Shown: positions 24,641 to 37,829, numbered from the stretch's first letter. The stretch: DNA of 64,000 nt from Mobula hypostoma (GCF_963921235.1 NC_086097.1:84012001-84076000); one strand, 5' to 3'. Numbers and translations are program-made. The notes: generated by a model from the letters alone, not told the origin.

Positions 24641-25634
24641 TGCCAAAGAACACTGAGAAAATTCATGACAGACACTTAAACCACAAAGGTAATATAAAGC
24701 CGTACAGGGTGCCCTGAGAGTTTATTCATAGGCTCACAGAGTATGGGCGTCACCGGTGGGACATGACACTGAAGGATCTAAGACTGCAAAACAAAAGAGG
24801 CAACAAGTGGCTTTTGCACTGACGTATGAGAAATGGCACCTGAGCAATAACAGCATAAACAAGTCTTTTAACATCACCAGGTGGAGGTTGAAGAAACTGT
24901 GGCTACACCCTCCCTCCCTGAAGAAAAAGCAAGAGATGCCTCCAATAAATATGGGTCATGGCTGTTGTCACTCAGCAATATGTCACTTAGTACCAATAAC
25001 TGTTGTGACACAACAGAAGCCTATTGACATAATTGTGGTGGTTACAGACTGGCAAAGAGCAGAAAAGATAAAGATTGATTAGTCCCTTTCAGCAGAAGTT
25101 GATGCTACCCTCTCTCACTCAGGCAAGAAAGAACAGCTCACCACCTTCTGATCTTGAAGCCACCCATTTAATCCTAACCCTGCCTCAGCAATGGAACATT
25201 ATGGACCACTTCTTGCACTACTGTGGACCTACCTTTGATTATTTGACCTACCTTTGTTTTATTAACTAAACTCTTGTGTTTACATAGTCCTCTTTTCACT
25301 AAATGGCACAATTTATTGATCATTTATATTTTGTGTGCAGTCTGAATCCATATGCTTGTGACGTTACTGCAAACAAGTCTTCATTGTACTCTATCTCACC
25401 ATACTTGTGCACATGATAATAAACTTGACTTGACTCTTTTTAAAGAATTAGGGTGCCAAAAACACTGAGAAAATGCACAAGAGACACTTAAACCACAAAG
25501 GTAATATAAAGCTGTACAGGGTACCCTGAGAGTTTATTTACAGGCTCACAGAGTATGGGCGTCACCGGTGGGACATGACTCTAAAGGATCTAAGGGTGCA
25601 AAACAAAAGAGGCAACGAGTGGCTTTTGCGCTGA
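24641..25634 (+). repeat. Local direct duplication of ~180 bp (24641-24822 and 25454-25634)
   Basis: Both copies read ...CACTTAAACCACAAAGGTAATATAAAGC...GCTCACAGAGTATGGGCGTCACCGGTGGGACATGAC...GCAAAACAAAAGAGGCAAC..., with scattered mismatches. Confidence 0.9.
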
Positions 25635-27639
25635 AGATATCAGTGCTAATCATATATCCATCCTCCCTTCACAAGCTCACAATGGAGTACAGAGCCTCAG
25701 CTAGTATCCACCTACCAAAGGTTGACCATGACATAAATGTTTGCCCCTGTCATCTCAATACCTCTTCCTCTGAGCAGAACCAGTGTAAGGTTCAGAAAAA
25801 AAACAGCCTCTCCCTCGCAAGTTCCTGGGTTCTATGTTATTGTATCTTGTCAATGAACAACTGGACAATCTCTCATTGATGGGAATGGAGAATGAATGCC
25901 CTTTTCAACAATGATGACGTTTTCAACATCTGGACCCTTGCCACCATCCACTAAGCACCACTTAGCTGAGTGAAGCCAATACATATCACTTCCCACTCTT
26001 TTGTTTTCATCCTCTTTTCTTATTTCTCTCTTTTCTGTTTACCCTCTGGTTTTTTTCCTTTCCCCATCCTTTCACAATCCCCTCCCTCTTTGAAATCTAA
26101 ACTGATCCCTCTTCAGTCTTAGCTTCTAGCATTGCATATAGATTAGGGGCTGAATAGAGAGGGGCAAGACTGCAATCAATAAAGAAAGCAGTAGGAAGTT
26201 AGATTGAGAGAGGAAAATGTTTGGAATACAAAACATAATGAAGGATAGAAGAGAAAACTGAACTAGGAAAACAGTGGAGATTAAGGCAACAACACGGTGG
26301 ATGAGGAAGAGTGAGAGACGACAGTGGTAGGTCAGGAAAGGACAAATCAGGTGAAAATTTCACCGAGAGAGGCACAAGGAAAGAGAGTTAAAGGGGACAG
26401 CTCAGGGACTGGGACAAAGAACAACAGGCAACAGCGTCACAGGTGGTGAGAAAACACTTCTGAAAAATTGAAGGGGAAAGATGTAAAAATTGTAGACAAG
26501 AGAAGTATCAACAATAATGTTATTGGGTTAAGGAGTGGACTGAGGTGTACACCAAGATAATAGGTGCATCTTCTTGTAACAGCACACTTCTCCTGCTATC
26601 ATGTTTACTCATCATAACACTTAGTAAATCCTGAAATAAAGCGTGGTTATGTTTTGATAGCAAAGCTGTGGGATTATGTTAGGCAGTCCCTTAGGGTTGT
26701 GAATGATTTGCTTTCAGTCCTCCTCTGAGCATCCTGGGGTGAGACATGCTGCCCTTATCACAAATAGGGCAGTAGGAAATCATAAACATAAGAGATTCTG
26801 CAGATGCTGGAGATCCAGAATAACACATACAAAATGCTGGGGGAACCCAGCAGGACAGGCAGCATCAATGGAGAGGAATAAACAATGAATGTTTTGGGCC
26901 AAATGGAATAGGCAGATAGGTTGTTTGTGAGGTGGCTGAATTCTTCTACCTTTAGTGCTGAGCTTCTTCCTGCTCATGATGCATGCATAGAGTGGCTGGT
27001 GAAATCCGAATGCTCCTTCACTACTTTAAATGGTCATAGGATGTCATATTATTTTAGTGATGCTGTACCAGGAGCTGCCCAATTTAGCCCAATGACTTAT
27101 TCACTGCTCTTTGTTATGTCCTCAAGTCTGATCAATTTCAACTTACCCTGGTTATCAAATTTCTTTCTATTAAGTCATTTGGAGGCAATTCAATATAGGA
27201 AATATAAAGTTCATCCTTACATAAGCTAAATTCAATTCTTCTGCCAAATAATACTGCCTAAGTACTGCCTAAATTCTTGCCTAATACACCAATGCATAAC
27301 TAAGTCGTTGGATAGGCTATTTTTTTATGATCTATTAAATCAAGGACCTATGTGCTCCTAGTTTTAATTTAAAGAAAAAACTGATGTTACACAAGTGAAA
27401 TGGCCAGTATTTCTCCTTCACTCAAAATTACTAAAAAAAGAATAACTGGGTGTTTGTGAAACTGCAGAAATATAGTTCTGATTCAATAAAGCCGAGTGGA
27501 TAAAACTGTGGTTGAAGTCAGCGGTTTTGCATGAAAATATGAAATGGAATCTTTTCTCATGGAGAAAACCACAAATAACAGAAATTTAATGATAAGAAGG
27601 ATCCATGAACATCAACTGGCTGTCAAGCAACATACCCTA

Positions 27640-28065
27640 GTCTCTACCCATGAAGATCAAGAAAGGCAGAGATTCATCTGGGCATCAGTGGCACAAGCAA
27701 ACATGTGAATTCCTAGAAGCACGGTTTTCCACAAACAATTCCGTAACCAGACATGTGGACATCAATCCTATTTATGAGCCAATGTGGGCAAAATTCCAGA
27801 CCACAGTGCATAAAGTTCGCCACACAACTGATCAGCGACGAGACTTGCTTGCTACATCACAATTGAGTTCCCATGATGATGACCATTCAGCTGATTGATA
27901 AGTATATAAAAGCCAAGCATTGGGAGGACATCACAATTAACAGCACACCGATGATGTCTCCTCGTATGGCGACAAAACGTTTGCAAATAAATTGCCAAGA
28001 TCAGAGAACAACACAACCCAAACATTGACCACCTGAGCTACATATTATCCAAATTATTTCCAATA
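27640..28065 (+). mobile_element. Penelope-like element (Poseidon-type) 3' end with a decayed hammerhead motif
   Basis: EFLEARFSTNNSVTRHVDINPIYEP resembles the GIY-YIG C-terminus. It is followed by TATATAAAA and CCGATGA-stem-AAAACGTT at 27943-27984. Confidence 0.65.
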
Positions 28066-28567
28066 AGAAGGATTCTATGTGCACAGGTGACTAAAATACA
28101 GTTGCCTGATACAATAAAACAGTCAAAATATTGTAACAGCTAATAAATATCAGATGTCAGTATCAAAGAGCTTGCAATGATTCAAATCCCAGAGTAGGTC
28201 AATCTGGAATACTGCCTTCAGCACCTTAAGGAGAATATATTGAATTGTGCAGTGTGGTGATATGAGTGAGATATTTTTAGGATTATGAAAAGTATTGTGA
28301 ATTTTATTTCTGCTGGTGGGTGAGTGGAATGTGGATGTTGAATGCTAGAAATTAATTTGAATGGACACAGATGGTCAAGTCCTCAATGCTGCAAGCATAC
28401 TTAGTACAGAAAAACAATTACAAAATGAAAATTTTAATTAAGAGGGAAAGAAAGGAAAAGGACGAAAAAACAAATATGAAATTTTACATAACTATCAATG
28501 CATCATTTGGCAGCATAAACTCAGATACTTGAAAATGTTCACTTTCTATCAGAAAGGCTGATTTAAA

Positions 28568-28825
28568 GACCCGGCTGGTGGTGTAGTGGCATCAGTGTTG
28601 GACTTCAGGATGAAAGGTCCCGAGTTCGAATCCAGCTCTGGCCAGCTCCCCTGCATGCTTTCCATCCATGCTGGGTTACGATGGTGATCTCTTTGATCAC
28701 CCAGCAGAAGGCAATGCAAACCACTGCTGTAACTTGCCTCGTACGTGGTTCCCCACTACATCAGAGAGGTGTGGTGGGAAATTGTCTGCTAACCGGAGAA
28801 ATTCTGGATGCGATGTTCCTTTCCT
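28568..28825 (+). mobile_element. tRNA-derived SINE with an RTE-like body
   Basis: Pol III A box TGGTGTAGTGG (28579-28589) and B box GTTCGAATCC (28624-28633); AGAAGGCAATGCAAACCACTGCTGTAACTTGCC segment; flanked by TTTAAA on both sides. Confidence 0.75.
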
Positions 28826-30829
28826 TTTAAAAAACAGTTCTATGATCTTAAGTTTCAGTAGATTTACTAGCAATTTCAGCAAATGCTTACAATAAGCCCA
28901 GAAGCTAAGGGCAGAATCAAACACAAAGTTGCGTAGATTCACAATCCACATACCTATTAACCCCTGAATTTGCAAGCCAATTTTTTCTACTTAAACAATG
29001 GCAAGAATTTCATAGAATTTTGCAGCATAATAGGCCATTCTCTCCATCTAACCTGTAGAACTTTTAAAGGAACAGTCAGTTACTCTTCCATATCAGCCCT
29101 TTCCAAAACAATTTTTACCCCTTCAAACATCTATTTGATTCTTTTTTTGTGTTTGAAATGGGCTTGGCCTCCACAGCCATATGTGGCAATGGATTCCACA
29201 GATTCACTACCACCTGGCTAAAAAAAAAATGCTCATCTCTGTTCTAAATGGACATCCTTTTATTCTGAGGCAGACCCCTCTTGTAGACTCATCTACTATG
29301 GGTAAACATCCTCTTCATGTCCCCCTCATTGTTCTAAACTCCGGCGAGTATATATGAGTGTGTGAGAGTGTTAATGAGAAAAGAATGATACGATTTTCCA
29401 ACAGTCTGGAAAATATACTAATCCAACCAAAGTGCACTGGATTATTGGAACTGTACTGTATATACTTTAATTTTTACAAATAAAATGTATTTTTATAGGA
29501 AAACAGATCTACTATGTTTGGGGACTGGCATCTAAATTATGGGATCCATCTCAGAGTTTAGGCAAGCAACATCTACAGTTGTTATATTCATAGAATCATA
29601 CCTTATATATAATGTCACTAATCTGTCATAATTTTCAATCATTATTTCCGAATCACAGGCAAAACAAACCAGTAAGAGTGGCTGTATAATTACTTGTCTC
29701 AAGTTATTGAGTCAAAATCTTTCTGATTACCACCCTAGTGTCCTCCATCAGCAGATGAATCAGCATTCCTTCATATCAAACTATACTTGGAAGAAAATTT
29801 GAATATTTTAAGGACACAGAATGTACTCTGGATGGGGAACTTCAATGTGGGTTTCAGCAGAAAAGAAGCTGAGGCAAGGAAGGATATGGGAAAATCCACG
29901 GTGCAGGATCTCAATACAGGTACTTTAAAAAAGACAAATCATTGCTTACCAAATTGATTCCTTGGATAGCAACTTTTTAACTTGGCAAGATTAAGCAGAT
30001 TGGCCTATAATCTATTGACTTTCGGAGATTGAAAAGTCCTGTTATTGAAGTATACAAGCTTCTCACAAGGCTTGACGGTGGGTGAGGAAGAATTATTTCC
30101 CTTGGCTGAGATACTTAGAACTAGAGGGTCAACCATTGAGATGAGGTAAAATTTCTTCTCCCAGATTCTGTAAATCTTTGGAATTCTCCACCCATGAGGC
30201 TAAGTCCCTGAGTTTCCAAAGGAAATATTGTTTTTTTTTGCTATTTAGGAAATCAAGAGATACTGAGTCAGTACTGGAAAGTGGTACCAAGGTAAAACAT
30301 CAGCTATGAACTTACTCAATGGCAAAAAAAGGCTGAATGATCTGCTTCTATGAATCAGGACACATTCTGATTAAGTCTGAACTTTTAAGAACCAGTACAT
30401 ATGTACGAACAAAAATAAATCTGAAATTTCAGAAGCAAAAAAAAATCTGCTTGAAGAACTCAATTTGTCAAACAGCACCTGTAAATGCAAAGAAACGTGT
30501 CGGGTCGAGACCCTGCATCTGGTCTGAAGTTTCAAAGTTTTGGGGTCCTGGAAAATAGTAAGTTAGAATCAGAGACAGTGCATTTGATTACGGTTTCATT
30601 CCACTTAGGACTAAACGCTTGCCTGGAGCTTGGTAAAAACACCGAAAGGTGTTGTTGGGCGAAATAGCCACGGTAGCTTGAATTAAATAACACATACTGT
30701 GACCGGAAGGTTGAAAGCTGGACGGACCAAACTGTAATTTGCTTTAACGCATTTTATACGAGCTAGGTAGGAGGTGGGTTTGGACAGTAGGGAATGTTGG
30801 CTGCAAACTGGCTAAGTGTGTGATTACTG

Positions 30830-31380
30830 TACAAGACGGTACGGAGCTCCGCGCTGCTGGAGTAGATCCCAGAGATCACAGGTGATGAAGGTGAATCCCC
30901 GCCATCGCTCTAAACCGGGCATACTTGCCCCGGGGCCAGCAGTCGCCATGGCGACGGGGCGGGAGTGGAAAATCCGTTGTTAGGCACCCGGGAAATGACG
31001 GCACAATCGCCGAGGTGGGATTGGTCGAGGCCGGCGGGGCGGCCCCCATTTTGAGCCACGCAGGGCTGCGGGTAAGGTTGTGGTTGTCGAGTGGCTGAAC
31101 TGAAGACCAGCGCAGGTAGTGTCCCGGCGTGGGCATCGCTGCCGTCCGAGGGAGGCCCGGATCCTTTCCTTTCCCCTTAAGTGGGCCCACTCTCGGGCAG
31201 GGTTAGGGTCGTCTGGTTTTTGTTGCGTAGGAGGTCCGTCCTTCGGTGATGACCACTGGGCCGGGCGGAAGGGTCCTAGCCCCAGGCGTCGACGATCCCC
31301 CTTCTTCACCCGTCCCGACCCCAGCAGCCTCACTTTTTTTTAATGGACTTGGGGGAAGGGGTCGTCTTGTTACGTTGCCT
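30830..31380 (+). promoter_or_regulatory. CpG-island promoter of the SRSF5-like gene
   Basis: GC- and CpG-rich non-repeat stretch. It holds the palindrome GTCGCCATGGCGAC (30942-55), ATTGG (31020-24), GC box GGGGCGG (31036-42) and YY1-type CCATTTTG (31046-53); ETS-type CCGGAAG lies upstream at 30703. Confidence 0.85.
31045..31115 (+). other. SRSF5: Probable non-coding exon 1 (start approximate; donors after 31071 or 31115)
   Basis: Candidate donors G|GTAAGG (31072) and CAG|GTAGTG (31116). Exon 2 begins after an acceptor AG only 10 nt before the ATG, which implies an upstream UTR exon. Confidence 0.55.
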
Positions 31381-31971
31381 TTGCTATTAACTGGATGGGA
31401 ATTACTGTAACCTGGTTAATTTTCAGTCCTGTCCCCTCAGTAAACCCGGGCCTCCTGTTATCTGCAGCCTACAGCAGTAAAATTCTCCATCTGCTCAACT
31501 CCACGCGCTGATATCTCCCTTCTACTCCCAGTTTGCAAGCCTGTCAGTTTATCTACCAGGTTCTGTCTATAAACGTTTGCAGACCGTTGCCTTTTAAAAA
31601 AACTTTACCATCTTCTTGAATGATGAAGATTGGTACTGGTCTATTATTGTCAGATGTATCAAGATACAGTGGAAAACTCGCCTTTAATACTGTTCATACA
31701 CAGCGCATTGATGTAGAATAAGGTAAAACTATAACATGCAGAATAAAGTATAAACGTTACAAAGAAAGTGCAGTGCCGATAATAAAGTGCGAGATCATAA
31801 CGAATTAGATTGTGAGGTCAAAAGTCCATTTTATTGTTTCATCATAAGCTTTAGCTCGGTGGCTCAATCTGCGTGTTCAAGTGATGCTTTGAACTGTGTA
31901 GAAAGTATAATGGAAGTATAATTACTTGAAATGTTCCTGTTTGTGCGAAGTTGTATTCTAGGTCGGTAAAG

Positions 31972-32094
31972 ATGAATGCTCGGGTATTCATTGGCAGACT
32001 GAGCCCGTATGCCACTGAAAAAAATGTGGAGAGGTTCTTCAGAGGATATGGACGAATTAAGGAAATTGATTTGAAGAATGGATTTGGATTTGTG
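31972..32094 (+). CDS. SRSF5: SRSF5-like SR splicing factor, coding exon 1 (RRM1 N-part)
   Basis: MNARVFIGRLSPYATEKNVERFFRGYGRIKEIDLKNGFGFV; acceptor AG at 31960-61, donor GTAAGA at 32095. Confidence 0.95.
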
Positions 32095-35000
32095 GTAAGA
32101 TTCTCTTAATTTTAATGCAGAAGTTAATTCTATTCTGAGTACATGTGAAGTAATTGAATTCATTCAATTGCCCAGTTTTTCTTTAACATGATGTGACTAC
32201 TGGGTAATTAGTATAGCGAAATTGATTTTGACAAATACTGAATTCTGGATGCAACTGATAATTTTATAATAAATAAAACTTGCCCTGCACATCTCCTTTG
32301 AGTCTACCTCTCACCGTAAGTGTATGCCTCTCATAATCCTATGAACACTGATCAGATCTCCCTTCACCCTCCGCTGCTCCAAAGAAAACAGCCCAGGTTT
32401 GTCCAATCTCTCCTCATAGCACCTACCCTGTTATCTTGGTAGCATCTTAGTAAATGTCTTCTGCACCCGCTCAAGGGATTCAACATTCTTCCTGGAGTGA
32501 CCAGAATGGAATGCAGCCTAACTAGATTTAAAAAAAGCACTATGGCTTAACTTCCCAACTCTTGAACTCAATACCTTGACTACTAAAGGCAAGCATGCCA
32601 TATTCCTCCTTTACTATTAACTTGTACAGCCACTTTCAGAGAGTACATGGATGTGTACCCCAAGATCCTTTCACACATCATCACTGTTAAGGATCTTGCC
32701 ATTAACAATGTATCGTTTCTACATTCGGTTCAATTAAACACTGGATTCCTTATTGATACATACTGTGAATAGTTAGGACCCAAGCACTAATCTCCACAAC
32801 ACTCCACCAGACATTGCCTGTTAACACAAGAAAGTCTCATTTATTCTGATTGCTTAATTTCATGAAAGTATATTGCCTCAATCCCACATGCTTTCATTTA
32901 ACCTATCTGTCTCTAATGTGGGATTTTATCATGTAATCTGTGATTTTTAAATTTAGTTTATTCCAATCACTTACAATAATCATAATTTCAGGTCAGACTA
33001 CTTGTGTACACTTCAGTGAATGAGAAGGGATGAACTTATTTGTATTGAAGAGTTAGTTTATTGACATTAACCAAGATGAGATAAGGCATTTGCAATTAAA
33101 TGCTCACCAAAGTCCAGCAGTCAAATAAAATTGCAGATGGTCATAACTGATTACTGTGTTTATGAAAACCGCTTAATAAGCTGGGGTGTGAAGTCAGCTG
33201 TGGATAGTTACATGCTTAGCATGTAGCTAAGTTCATCAACGTTAAGTCCTCTTACCTCTAGGATAATAAAAACAGAAAATACTGGACATATCAAGCAAGT
33301 TGGGCCACATCCATGGGGAGAGCTCTGTTACTCTCATCACGGATGATGCCTGACTTGCTGGGTATTTTCAGCATTGTGTTTTTATCTTAGATTTTTACCA
33401 TCTGCAGTTTTTTTTTGGGATGTTCACTTCTAAGTCTTGGGCTTTGATACAAAAACTCATACTTACGTGATGACAATATCTTCTGCTCACTGAGTTCAGG
33501 ATATCCTTCATTTTATCTCCCATTCATCAGCACAATCTTATAGACAGGCAACAGGTTTAAAGGAACCAAAGTAAATCGTACATGTATCTGAAATGCATCA
33601 TCAAGCTGCTGGCTTCAAGTGGAGCCTGAACATTTGAACTGTTGTGAAATAGCCACAAGCTTGAAACAACTGTCAGCCCAAGCTTCAATGCTCACATATC
33701 TTGATTCACAGAAGAAAAGTATTTTTATGATAGTAGAATAATTTTTTGGTAAAAGGGCTCTTTGAGCAAATTGCTGCTCCCTTGACAGAGCCTTGGTTGG
33801 ATTCCTATCACTTCCTTCAAATTTAACAATGAACAGAAATAGACCATTGATGAGGTAACACAAGAGTTCAAGGAACCAAAAATCTGTCTACTAATTTTTC
33901 AGCACGATTAATACAGAAAACAAAAGGGAAACCCTGATTGAAATATTATTGCAAATGCAGTTTACTTCCAAAGGCGTAACAGTTGCATAAAGCTATGCAA
34001 ATCAATCGCATTGGCATGACCAGCTGCTTGAATCAATAGTGAAGAAAACATGCAAGCTGTAATGCTGTGATAATTCAAAGTACCATCAGGGTTTTGTAAC
34101 TATTTTAAATAAATCTTTTTGAAAGAAATCATACCAATTAGAATCAGAGTAATATCACTGGCATATGTCATTAAATTTGTTGTCTTTGTGGCAGCAGTAC
34201 AATGCAATACAATAAAACCTGAATTATAGTAAATATATGTATTAGATAAATAAGTAGTGCAAAAATAGTAATTTAAAAAGTAGGGAGGTAGTGTTTGTGG
34301 GTTCGATGTCCTCCAACATCTCTACTGCACTATCAGAGTCTATATGACATCTCCACAACTCCATGCTACAAAGCCAACATCAGAGCTACTCCATGCTTCA
34401 ATATTATGTCTTAACAATTTACAGCTGCAAGGAGACCTTGCAGGAAAAAATTTTGATGCCTCCAACCAGTTTGTAAAATAGTAACATTTTAATTTAATCT
34501 TATCATTTGGAAATTATTATCCTTGTGTGGGAATGAACACAGATGCTAAACGGTTCTAACCAATCTTCATTGTAATGCAGGCATAAAACTAATCAGTCAT
34601 CTTATCATACTTGCTTCCTTTTCTCTGCCAGCGAGCAACTCACTGATGGGATAGACCTGCAGTACTTTAAGTTCTTAATGTATAGCAGGATTTTGGGATC
34701 AGTAAAAGTATGTTTAAATACGACAGTAGCACCTTTTGTTGACCCAGTGGAAGCTGCTGTGATTGAAAGATCGTAGTTCTTCTTTTCCTGAAGAGGGAAA
34801 GAGCTACTGAGGTGACTTTTTGTGCAACCATCATTACCCATTATGAGGTCAATAAACACTTTACTTTCATTCTTTCATTTTTGAAAAAACTCAGCATCAT
34901 CACCATAACTCTTTAAGAACATTAAACCACTAAGAACTAGTCAATGGTAATAAATAAAGTCTGCAAAATGAGCTAATTATATTCAGACTTGGAAATTTGA

Positions 35001-35769
35001 TCGCAGAACTTGCATTAACAACAGTGGCAAAATTCAGTGAAATGTCACAATAAGGAAAATCGACCAGGTTCTTATTTAAATATGATTTTTAAAAATCGTT
35101 CAATGTGGAAAGGCAGATGAGGATAGGACCCTTGCAGAAAATGGGAAGGTCCTGGGGGGTGTTGTAGACTAGAGGGACCCAGAAGTACAAGGCTCCCTGA
35201 ATGTGGTGCCGCAGGTAGACAGGATGGCAAAGACAGCTTATGGCACACTGGCCTTCATCAGACAAGACACTGCGTATAGAGGTAGGTATGTTCCATTACA
35301 GTTTTACAATACAGTGGTGAGGCTGCATTTGCAATATTTTGTTCAGTTTTAGTTGTCCTGCTATAGAAAAGGTACCATTAAGCTGGAAAGTGCAGAGGAG
35401 ACTTCCAAGGATGTTGCTGTGATTCAGGGCACTCATTTATGTAGAGAGGTTGAGCTGGTTGGGACATTTTTCATTGTTGTGTGGGAGAATGGTGGGGAGG
35501 TGATCTTACAGGGGTACGTAAGATTATGAGGGCACACATAAGGTGAATGAGCGGTCTTTTTCTCGGAGTCGGGGAATCAAGATGTAGAGGGCCTTAGTTT
35601 AAAACCGTATGAACAGATGAAGGCTATTTATTCTCCCTTTTGAGGTGAAGAGGTAGCTTTCTAATCACATATTTGTAAAAAAAAATACTTCCAGTAATTA
35701 GGATCTTAGATCCACAGTAATAACAGACAATGCTGAAAATATTCATGGGTAAGATTGCATCTGAAAGAA

Positions 35770-37771
35770 TTTTTTTTTAATAAAAATTTTTATTGAGTTT
35801 TCAAGTGAATACATGAGAAAATAATATCTACCCTCCCCCCTCCCCCCCCCCGATATATACTCCTACCTAAAGAGAAAAGAAAAAAAGAAAAAAAAAGAAC
35901 CGCCTGAATATTGGAAGGTTTGCACATGCTCCATAGGATTAAAAATTAATGTATATTTGTTACTTTCCCCAAGGAACCAAGATCTTTATCATCGGAGCTG
36001 TAAATAAGGGCTCCAAATATTCAAAAATGTTTCATATTTATCTCTTAAAATCTAAAACATTACTTAACTTCTCAACTCTCATAGTTCCCTGGGGAATCTC
36101 TTTGAACTTCACCATGTTGCTATGTATTTCCCTCCTAATCATCCAGGCAAAAAGAAAAAAAAGATAGATAAGATACAAAAAAAGAAAAAAACAAAATCCC
36201 CCCCCCCCACTAATGTTGTGAATGAAAAGATACACAACACTACCCCCCTCCATTGTGCAGGTCGTGGCTATTGCCACGCTTGCACACATGAATAACGTAG
36301 TGATTGGTCAGTGTTTCTTACAGCTCCCCCATAACAAAAAATTATATATATAAAAATTAATGTCATTATTCCCAGCTAATATAACTCAAATTTTAACCTT
36401 TCTTCCCCTCCATCATAATTAATAATATATTTATATATTCATCCGCCTAAAAATCCAACAGGCCTAATCCTTGATCCAGTCTTCATCTTCAATCCATCTC
36501 GCTCCCCTGGGTTTGTTCTTGTATCTGGTGAATATTCAAAGAATCTCGCACAAACTCCTCTGCTTTCCGATAATTGTCAAAAAATCTTTTTTCTCCACCA
36601 GGCAAAAAAATCTTCAAGGTTGCAGGATAACGCAATATACATTGATAACTGTGATCCCATAGGGCTTTTTTCACTGGATTAAATTTCTTCCTTCTCTTCA
36701 AAAGTTCATAACTTATGTCAGGGTAGAAAAAAATTTTCTTCCCTTCTATCATCAGTGGCCCTTTTCTCTTCTTGGCAGCTTGGACAGCGGCCTGTAGAAT
36801 CCTCCCTTTGTCTTGAAATCTTAAGAATTTTATTAAAATTGATCGTGGATATTGGTCATCTTGTGGTTTTGGTCTTAGAGCTCTATGTACCCACTCAATT
36901 TCAATTGATCAGTCTTCCTCTTTCATTTGCAAGGTTTTTGGGATCCATCTTTGAAAAAATTCTGTTGGATTATCTCCCTCTATACCTTCTTTAAGACCAA
37001 CAATTTTAATATTATTATGTCTACTAAAATTTTCCAACACGCCCAATTTCTCCAAGAGTCGATTTCTTTCCGTGTTCCAGACAAGCACATCATTTTCTAT
37101 TTTTTCCACTCTATCGTTAATATGCTCCATTGTTCTTTCCATCTTCTGAAGTTTCTTATCCATTTTATCCTTTTTTTATAGCTTTATCATAGCACATTTT
37201 CACGTCTCTAAGCTCTGTTCTTAATTTTCTTAGTTCAGCCGTTAATTGCAATAAAGCCTCTCTTATGTCTCTGTCGTCTCCTTTACTTCCAGTCTCTTCC
37301 AGTTCTTCCTCCTCCTCTTCATCTGTATTCTCTGCGATATCCAATTCTGACTGAGTTGCTTTCAGTTGCAGTGGCCGTCGGTTCTTGTAGTTTACTTTGT
37401 GTCAATTTGCGCATGCGTACTTCTTTGCGCATGCGCAATTCCGGCATCTCCTTCTGAGAGACCGCTACCGCCGCCATTGCTCCCTGTGCTTCTACGCCAG
37501 AGGTAAAATGCGTCTCCTCTGAAGGAGATCCAACCTGAATCCGAGGCTCCATCGCTGCAGTAGGCCCTTTTTTCTTCCCATCTTGCAGCGACTTCATAAC
37601 AACAGACTTCTTCTGTTGTGGTTTACGAGGCATATCGTAGCGTAGTCTTACGAAGTTTATAAGTAGTTTTCGGGAAATATTTATTAACTTTGTTTAAACG
37701 GTACTTTGCTGATTTTTTAACGGGAGAGCTGGATTTGCACGTCTCAATCCCACATTATCACATGATGCCCC
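35770..37771 (-). mobile_element. L1-clade element with both ends but only ORF1 (HAL1-like), in intron 2
   Basis: L1 ORF1 motifs (LENFSRHNNIKIVGLKEGIEG, KIFFYPDISYELLKRRKKF, LRYPATLKIF); G-rich 5' end at 37771; AATAAA plus polyA at 35770-35794; imperfect TSD CATCTGAAAGAA/CATCAAAAGAA. Confidence 0.8.
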
Positions 37772-37829
37772 CATCAAAAGAAAAATATTTTAAGGTTTTG
37801 TGTCAGAAACAGGTTCATTTTCTTATTAC

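Noticed and set aside
25985..26520. Pyrimidine-rich block followed by a purine-rich block
   Set aside because: No specific complementarity or repeat unit is visible; treated as low-complexity sequence.
28575..28640. tRNA gene
   Set aside because: A and B boxes are present, but there is no convincing cloverleaf and the sequence continues into a SINE body.
30486..30528. Further hammerhead-like remnant on the minus strand upstream of the promoter
   Set aside because: Both core boxes are altered (CAGATGC, GACA); it is only an old Penelope terminal fragment.
30876..31343. GC-rich ORFs in the CpG island, including the Kozak-like GCCATGG at 30948
   Set aside because: No recognisable domain; long open frames are expected in GC-rich sequence, and this ATG probably lies upstream of the transcription start.
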